Below, piece after piece: positions 51,652 to 57,356 of a stretch of DNA of 57,356 nt. Position numbers and translations under genes: made by a program. Within the stretch, counting starts at the first letter, position 1. Every line of letters starts with the position of its first letter. Below the pieces are notes generated by a model. That model made no database searches and was not told the DNA's origin. It worked only from the letters and a program-made list of their open reading frames with translations. The stretch comes from Nanobdellati archaeon (GTDB lineage: Archaea > Nanobdellota > Nanobdellia > Woesearchaeales > JAADFO01): the NCBI GenBank assembly GCA_013152815.1, contig JAADFO010000072.1, forward strand, positions 1 through 57,356, read 5' to 3'.

Positions 51652-53454
51652 TCAATATTTGTTGGTGAGCTTGATCTTCGGATAGACGCCGATACTGGAA
51701 AGCTCGTCGAGGAAAAGCTTGAATGCATAGCTTATCTCAACCAGCGATATCTCTGCATCCGAGCCGTGGATGGGGGACATGAACTGTTTCTTATAGTTGT
51801 CATAGTATCCCATCAGACCGCTCTTCTCGCAGACAGGGACCACGACCTTGTCGGAATCGAAGCGTTCCTTGAGGAGGAGCGAAGCGCCATGGGCGACAAA
51901 GGTGTCCTTCTCCATCTCTCCCAGCCTGAGGCCTCCCTCTTTTGCACGCCCTTCGGTGGGCTGTCGGGTGAGCAGCTGGATCGGACCACGGGCCCGTGAG
52001 TGGAGCTTGTTCGCCACCATGTGCTTGAGCTTGAGATAATACATGTTCCCGATGTAGATCTTGGCATCGAGCTTCTTGCCGGTGACACCGTCATACATGG
52101 TCTCGACGCCGTTCTCCCGGAAGCCCTGTTCCTTGAGCTCGGCCCGCAGATCCTCCTCGCTTTCTCCGTTGAAGGTCGTGCCGTCGATGAACCTGCTCGA
52201 GAGGGCACCGGTCTTGCCTGCGATGAGTTCGATGAGGTGGGAGATGGTCATCCTCGACGGGATGCCGTGGGGTGAGAAGATGATGTCCGGGATGATGCCG
52301 TTGACCGAGAAGGGCATGTCCGACTGCGGGACGACCATCGCGATGACGCCTTTCTGGCCATGCCTGGACGTGAACTTGTCGCCGATCTCCGGGATCCGCT
52401 GATCCCGTATCTTCACCTGGACAAGCTTGTTCCCTTCCTCGTTCTCTGAGATGATGACAAAATCGATGATGCCCTTCTGCCCGTGTTTGATGGAGACCGA
52501 ACTTTCCCTCCTGGTGGAGGAGGCGAGATTGTATTCGTCCATGCTGGAGAGGAACCGGGGAGGAGAGGTCTTGCCTATGATGACGTCTCCCTCGGCGACC
52601 TTTGCTTCGGGAAAGATGATGCCGTCATCGGTGAGGAGACGATAGTCATGTTCGCTCTTGTATCCCTTCACGTCCTTGTCAGGGATGCTGATCTCGTCGA
52701 TGAGCCCTCCGGAATAGCGGAGCTCTTCAGCGACGGCAGGACGATAGTAGGAAGACCTGCCGAGACCCCGGTCGAGGGAGCTCTTGTTGATGACGATGGC
52801 ATCCTCCATATTATAGCCGCCATAGCTCATGATGGCCACGACCATGTTCTGTCCTGCAGGATGCTGTTGATAGTCAGAGATGTCGTGCATGACCGTCTTG
52901 ACGATGGGAACCTGGGGCGTATGGAGCAGGTTGACGTCCATGTCGAGCCGGACAGCGAAGTTCGCTGCATAGAAACCCAGGGCCTGCTTCTGGTTCTTCG
53001 AACCTGCATTGAGCCGGGTGGACTGGTTATAGTTTCCATAGGGGACAAGAGAGGTGGAGAGACCGAGCATGGCAAGTGGGCTTATCTCAAGGTGTGTGTG
53101 CTCCGGAGTCAGATCGGCCTCGGTGAAGGCCACATAGGCAGACTCCTCTTCGTTGGCGTCGAGGTCCTCGATGATCCCCTGGCTGAGAAGATCAGACCAG
53201 GAGAGCTCGTTCCGTTTCAGCTGTTCGAGATGTTTTTCGGTCAGGAGAGGCCTTCCCTCATTGACGACGATCAGCGGACGTCGTGTCCTTCCTTTGGAAA
53301 GGTCGATGAGGATGCGGTCTCCCTGTTCATCATAATGGATGTTCAGGAGCTGAGAGATCTTTCCTTTTCTACGGTCCTGGATGACCCTATGGACATAGTC
53401 CTTGGGGTCTTTGACCAGGCCCACATATTCACCGTTGAGGTAGATGTCGGTCAT
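51652..53454 (-). CDS. rpoB1: RNA polymerase subunit B' (Rpo2C)
   Basis: GYNMED, GDKFTSRHGQKG, GGLRLGEME. Confidence 0.98.
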   Translation of the reverse strand: MTDIYLNGEYVGLVKDPKDYVHRVIQDRRKGKISQLLNIHYDEQGDRILIDLSKGRTRRPLIVVNEGRPLLTEKHLEQLKRNELSWSDLLSQGIIEDLDANEEESAYVAFTEADLTPEHTHLEISPLAMLGLSTSLVPYGNYNQSTRLNAGSKNQKQALGFYAANFAVRLDMDVNLLHTPQVPIVKTVMHDISDYQQHPAGQNMVVAIMSYGGYNMEDAIVINKSSLDRGLGRSSYYRPAVAEELRYSGGLIDEISIPDKDVKGYKSEHDYRLLTDDGIIFPEAKVAEGDVIIGKTSPPRFLSSMDEYNLASSTRRESSVSIKHGQKGIIDFVIISENEEGNKLVQVKIRDQRIPEIGDKFTSRHGQKGVIAMVVPQSDMPFSVNGIIPDIIFSPHGIPSRMTISHLIELIAGKTGALSSRFIDGTTFNGESEEDLRAELKEQGFRENGVETMYDGVTGKKLDAKIYIGNMYYLKLKHMVANKLHSRARGPIQLLTRQPTEGRAKEGGLRLGEMEKDTFVAHGASLLLKERFDSDKVVVPVCEKSGLMGYYDNYKKQFMSPIHGSDAEISLVEISYAFKLFLDELSSIGVYPKIKLTNKY

Positions 53455-53511
53455 TTTGTTATCCTTTTGTTATTCTGATGATGTCTTATGATGATGTCCT
53501 GCGGGAGCAGC

Positions 53512-55020
53512 CTATGCTTTCACAGGGGGCTGCTGGGTCTTCATGCCGAGCAGTTTCAGCTGCTTGAGGATCTCGGGTGAATCAAGGGTGGTGGTGATGG
53601 ATGCGAGGAGGGAAAGGTTCTTCCGGAGACCGATGTTTGTCCCTTCAGGGGTTTCGATAGGACATAATCGTCCAAGATGGGTGGGATGCAGTTCTCTTGC
53701 CTGAAAATTCTCCTGGGTAGCGCTCAGGGGCGAGACGACCCGTTGGAGATGGGAAAGGGTCTCAAGGAAATTGAGCCGCTGGATACGCTGCGAGATTCCT
53801 GTCCTTCCGCCGACCCAGTTCCCGGTGGCCATGGCGCTGTAGATACGGGAGGTCAGGAGCTTGTCCCTGATGACCACCTTGATGGACGGGAATTTCCCAC
53901 GCTTCACGATCCGTTGAAAATTGTAGAGCAGGTCACTGATGAGCACCTTGAGGTTGACCCGGAACAGGTCGGCCAGAAGATCGCCGCTCATCTTGAGACG
54001 CTTGTTGATATAATGGTCCTTGTCGTCGACAGGGATGTCTCCCTCGGAGATGAGGACAAACCGTTTCAGCATCTTGGTGAGGTTGATGGCCTTGGTCATC
54101 CTGGTGTCTGCAGAGACGCCGATGTGAGGGAGCAGGTATTTGTCGAGTATCTCCTTGATGCGGTCGATGCGGATCTCCTTGCTTTGGGTGATGCCGACCT
54201 TCTTCGCGATGAAGTCGAGAGCTTCCTCCTGGGTCTTGATTGGCGCGAACTCCAGAAGATTGAGGACGATCCTGTCCTGATAGTCCTGCAGATCGATGGA
54301 TTCCAATATCTCCTGGTCTTTGATGAGCCCGAGGGCCTTGCAGACGATGATGAGCGGTATCCGGTTCACCCGGGTGAAGGTGAGGTAGTAGATCCCGTCC
54401 TTGAGCTTCTCCATGGTGTGGGGTATCTTGAAGGAACCCCGTTCAGAGAAGAGCTTGCCCATAAAGGCGCTCATCTTCGTCGGCGTGGATTCCACCATGA
54501 ACCGGTTGCTTGCGAGGTCCTCGATGGTCACCAAGACTTTCTCGGTGCCGTTGATGATGAAATACCCGCCGGGATCGTAGGGGTCTTCGCCGTTCTTGAT
54601 AAGTTCCTCTTTCGAGAGGTTGTGGAGATGGCAGTAGCGGGACTTGAGCATGATGGGCAGGTTGCCGATCTGGGTGACGAAAGATTCCCGTTGGACACCG
54701 TTGATGTGGGCGCTCACTTCGATGTACATAGGAGCGGAATAGGTTGTCTTCCGGAGACGGGCCTCGATGGGATAGATGTCACGCTTCGAACCGTCAGCCT
54801 CGGTGATTTCCGGCTTGGTCACCCATATCTTGTCCAGCTTGATCTTGAACTCGTCGATGTTCTGGGGGATGATGGTCGGCTCAATCTCCTTGTTCTCCTC
54901 GATGATCACCTTCAGCTCCTCGTCGATGAGCCTGTTGAAGCTGGCGATCTCAGAACCGACAAGAGAATGTTCCTCGAAATATTTCCGAAACAGCAGCTCT
55001 GTCCGTTCACGTTCATCCAT
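53512..55020 (-). CDS. rpoB2: RNA polymerase subunit B'' (Rpo2N)
   Basis: DPGGYFIINGTEKV, CPIETPEG; start at MDERER overlapping the rpoH stop. Confidence 0.97.
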   Translation of the reverse strand: MDERERTELLFRKYFEEHSLVGSEIASFNRLIDEELKVIIEENKEIEPTIIPQNIDEFKIKLDKIWVTKPEITEADGSKRDIYPIEARLRKTTYSAPMYIEVSAHINGVQRESFVTQIGNLPIMLKSRYCHLHNLSKEELIKNGEDPYDPGGYFIINGTEKVLVTIEDLASNRFMVESTPTKMSAFMGKLFSERGSFKIPHTMEKLKDGIYYLTFTRVNRIPLIIVCKALGLIKDQEILESIDLQDYQDRIVLNLLEFAPIKTQEEALDFIAKKVGITQSKEIRIDRIKEILDKYLLPHIGVSADTRMTKAINLTKMLKRFVLISEGDIPVDDKDHYINKRLKMSGDLLADLFRVNLKVLISDLLYNFQRIVKRGKFPSIKVVIRDKLLTSRIYSAMATGNWVGGRTGISQRIQRLNFLETLSHLQRVVSPLSATQENFQARELHPTHLGRLCPIETPEGTNIGLRKNLSLLASITTTLDSPEILKQLKLLGMKTQQPPVKA

Positions 55021-55276
55021 CGATGACACCCCTATAATATACCGCCTCGCCGGCGGTAGGACTGGGCCGTATGATCTTGACCACATCATCGGGCTCCAGA
55101 CCAAGATGGGCGATGGCAGGATCAGAAAGCAATATCTTTGGCAACTCTTTGAGCGTGATGTGATATCTCTCGAGGAGTTCCTTCTTCTCACGTTCGCTGA
55201 CCTTCAGATGCTTTGGGATAAGCACATGGGTAAGTGGCGTGGTCCTCTTCTCTGCCTTCTTTTTGCGCGCTACCAT
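55013..55276 (-). CDS. rpoH: RNA polymerase subunit H (Rpo5)
   Basis: HVLIPKH, LPKI..DP, SPTAG..YYR. Confidence 0.97.
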   Translation of the reverse strand: MVARKKKAEKRTTPLTHVLIPKHLKVSEREKKELLERYHITLKELPKILLSDPAIAHLGLEPDDVVKIIRPSPTAGEAVYYRGVIDG

Positions 55277-55307
55277 AAGTTGTGATGCCTCGAGGCATGG
55301 AATCATA

Positions 55308-55441
55308 TGGGCCGGACGAGACTTCCGGACGCTCTTGTCGGTCTGCTCTGCTTTCGCGTTTTCGAACTCGCGACCACACGATTAAAAGTCGTGTGCTCTA
55401 GTGCCCAAACCACCAGGTTTTCCAGGCTGAGCTACCGGCCC
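55308..55441 (-). tRNA. tRNA-Lys(TTT) with two introns: D-loop (about 55401-55421) and T-loop 59/60 (55322-55360)
   Basis: GGGCCGG/CCGGCCC acceptor, CACGA-CT-TTT-AA-TCGTG; BHB-like pairing at both insertions. Confidence 0.88.
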
Positions 55442-55527
55442 AGTGATTGTATGCTATTGTTCAGGAAGTCTCGGGTCCGTGCAGTCATGGTGTGGACCCT
55501 TTGACCGATGATCATTTGATGATGAAA

Positions 55528-55675
55528 CGCCCCGGCCGGGACTTTCTCAAGGCCAGGCACGTCCTGGGCTTGTTTCGAACCCGGGTCGAAGCCTCGACAG
55601 GGCTTCATGATAGTTCTCGCAGGGTTCCAAGGAGATTTCCTGGAGCATCCCTGGGCCGAGCTACACTACCGGGGC
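55528..55675 (-). tRNA. tRNA-Asp(GTC) with two introns: D-loop (about 55614-55654) and T-loop 59/60 (55542-55573)
   Basis: GCCCCGG/CCGGGGC acceptor, AAGCC-CT-GTC-GA-GGCTT, G73; removing the inserts restores GTGTAGCTCGGCCTATCAT and TTCGAAT. Confidence 0.88.
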
Positions 55676-55995
55676 AATATGGATTGTTTTGTTGATTTCA
55701 TTAGCTAGCAATTGTTCTACGAGTTATCGGAGCTCATTTTCGGCTCTTTTGGCCCAAAGAAAGATTGCTGCAGCATTACGCCTGGGAAACACCATCCATT
55801 TAAAAAGCTTTGCTTTAGTAGGGGAGACCCCCTGCCATCGTCGACAGTTGTCCGGGAATATGATGGTGATTGCAGAGAGTTCATGATGCGTACCAGACCC
55901 CTTGGAGCGTTATGCTCTTCATAAATATTCTTCATGATATTCTTCATGAATATCAATTCTTCATGAATATAAAATATAAATATTCATCAGCAGGA

Positions 55996-56122
55996 TCCCC
56001 CCACCCAGACTTGAACCGGGGACCTTTCGGTGACTATGCTGTCTGTTTGTCATCCAATCTTTTTCTAAAGACAGTCAAACAGAATCTACAGCCGAACGCT
56101 CTAGCCACTGAGCTATGGGGGG
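55996..56122 (-). tRNA. tRNA-Tyr(GTA) with 54-nt intron at 37/38 (56032-56085)
   Basis: C1:G72 acceptor CCCCCCA/TGGGGGG, TTCGG-CT-GTA, A73. Confidence 0.93.
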
Positions 56123-56583
56123 TCATCGTCATGGTTCAGCGCTTCAGGAACTGGAGGGGTTATATAAAGTTTTCGCTGCCTTTGCTCGTCGACATGCCGC
56201 AGGGACAAAGGAGGCCGGGCAAATGCCTGCTTCAATCATCCATCTTTCGCCACTTTAGAGTAGATAAGCATAGAAACCTTTAAATATAAAGCGTGGTTCT
56301 CTTTTTGAAGAGTTCAGGCCTTGCAACAGCAGGGGCCATATAAAGAATCGTATAAGAATCGTATAAGAATCACATAAAATTCCCCTGGTTGCCCATTCCA
56401 GATTCGACAGAGAGCTTGAGAGTTCGTACCCGCATCCTGTGCTCTCGGTCTTATCCAGTTCAAGACATTCCAGACAGAAAAGACAGACAGGAAGCCAAAT
56501 CGTTTGTCAAAAAGAGGCTCAAAGGACATCGGAAAAGATGTTGATAGTGACAAATTTACACTGATAAATGAGGAGGCAAAAAA

Positions 56584-57356
56584 ATGATCGTTGAGAAAAG
56601 CTTTCTGAATAAGCTCAAAGCCCTCGGCCTTAACAGTTACGAAGCAAAAATCTGGACAGCACTCCTTTCTCGTGGAATATCTTCTGCAGGTGAACTCAGC
56701 GACATATCGAATGTCCCCCGTTCGCGAAGCTATGATGTCCTCGAGAACCTGGAAAAGAAAGGGTTCATCATGATGAAGATCGGCAAGCCCATCAAATACA
56801 TCGCCCTGCCTCCCGAGGACGTCCTTGAACGCGTCAAGAAGACCATCAAGGAAGAGGCCAACAAAGAGGCGAAATCCATCGACGGGCTGAAGAACTCTGA
56901 GATCATGGTCGAGCTCGCCACGCTCCATAACCAGGGTGTCGAGATCGTGGATCCCGCCGACCTGACCGGGTCGCTCAAAAGCCGCGGTCATCTCTATTCT
57001 CAGATAAACTCGCTCATCAAAGGTGCAGAGAAGAGCATTGTCATCATGACTACTTCTAAGGGCCTGAACCGGAAGAACGACTACTTCAAGAATGCGCTCG
57101 AGCGGGCGAAGGAGAGGGGAGTGCAGATCAAGATCGCAGCTCCTGTGACCTCTGAATCCGAGAAGGCTGCGAAGATGCTGGGAGAGTCCTGCAACCTCCG
57201 GCACGTCGACCAGGTGAGAGGACGTTTCATCATCGCCGACGACAAGGAGCTCGTCTTCATGCTTCTGGACGACAAGGTCGATCCGACCTATGATATGGGG
57301 ATCTGGGTGAACTCTCCGTTCTTCAGCAAGGCGCTGACCCAGCTTTTCAACATGGT
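56584..57356 (+). CDS. TrmB-family regulator/chromatin protein (TrmBL2-like); runs off the window end, not in ORF track
   Basis: Hand translation MIVEKSFLNKLKALGLNSYEAKIWTALL..SNVPRSRSYDVLENLEKKGF; GAGGAGG SD. Confidence 0.9.
   Translation, partial: MIVEKSFLNKLKALGLNSYEAKIWTALLSRGISSAGELSDISNVPRSRSYDVLENLEKKGFIMMKIGKPIKYIALPPEDVLERVKKTIKEEANKEAKSIDGLKNSEIMVELATLHNQGVEIVDPADLTGSLKSRGHLYSQINSLIKGAEKSIVIMTTSKGLNRKNDYFKNALERAKERGVQIKIAAPVTSESEKAAKMLGESCNLRHVDQVRGRFIIADDKELVFMLLDDKVDPTYDMGIWVNSPFFSKALTQLFNM

Noticed and set aside
51652-55020. Split RpoB as a novelty
   Set aside because: The B'/B'' split is established in several archaeal lineages
55676-55995. Structured ncRNA (SRP, RNase P) between tRNA-Asp and tRNA-Tyr
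   Set aside because: No diagnostic motifs seen; the region holds a TATA-like box and AT-rich TTCATGA repeats. An Rfam scan would settle it

Overview
Archaeal chromosomal segment, mostly core genes and most likely from a Woesearchaeota-like DPANN lineage (inferred from gene content and order, not a database search). It contains the rpoH-B''-B'-A'-A''-rpl30e-nusA-rps12-rps7 operon, the GINS-rpl44e-rps27e-aIF2alpha-nop10-PAC2 cluster, tRNA-Pro-rpl37ae-rpoP-pcc1-pfdB, TFB, TFE, aIF5A, Lsm-rpl37e, an S-layer gene, ppsA-gap-pgk, eno, a PfkB kinase, guaA, pyrD/pyrK and a tryptophanase. Seven tRNA genes were read by eye; all seven have introns (nine in total, including three at T-loop 59/60 and two in the D-loop). 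No CRISPR array, rRNA, integrase or transposase was seen. Most unusual signals: (i) tRNA-Ser and tRNA-Ala share a trailer architecture of inverted tRNA T-arm copy, CAG..CTG hairpin and direct copy of the tRNA 3' end, and the hairpin family recurs upstream of the tryptophanase and possibly inside a tRNA intron; (ii) a tandem pair of HIT proteins both lacking the catalytic His; (iii) loss of zinc-ligand cysteines in RNA polymerase, eL42 and Nop10; (iv) a Lys-rich histone-H1-like repeat protein; (v) a stand-alone half of a Hel308 helicase; (vi) an APC transporter-methyltransferase fusion; (vii) frequent short tandem micro-duplications.
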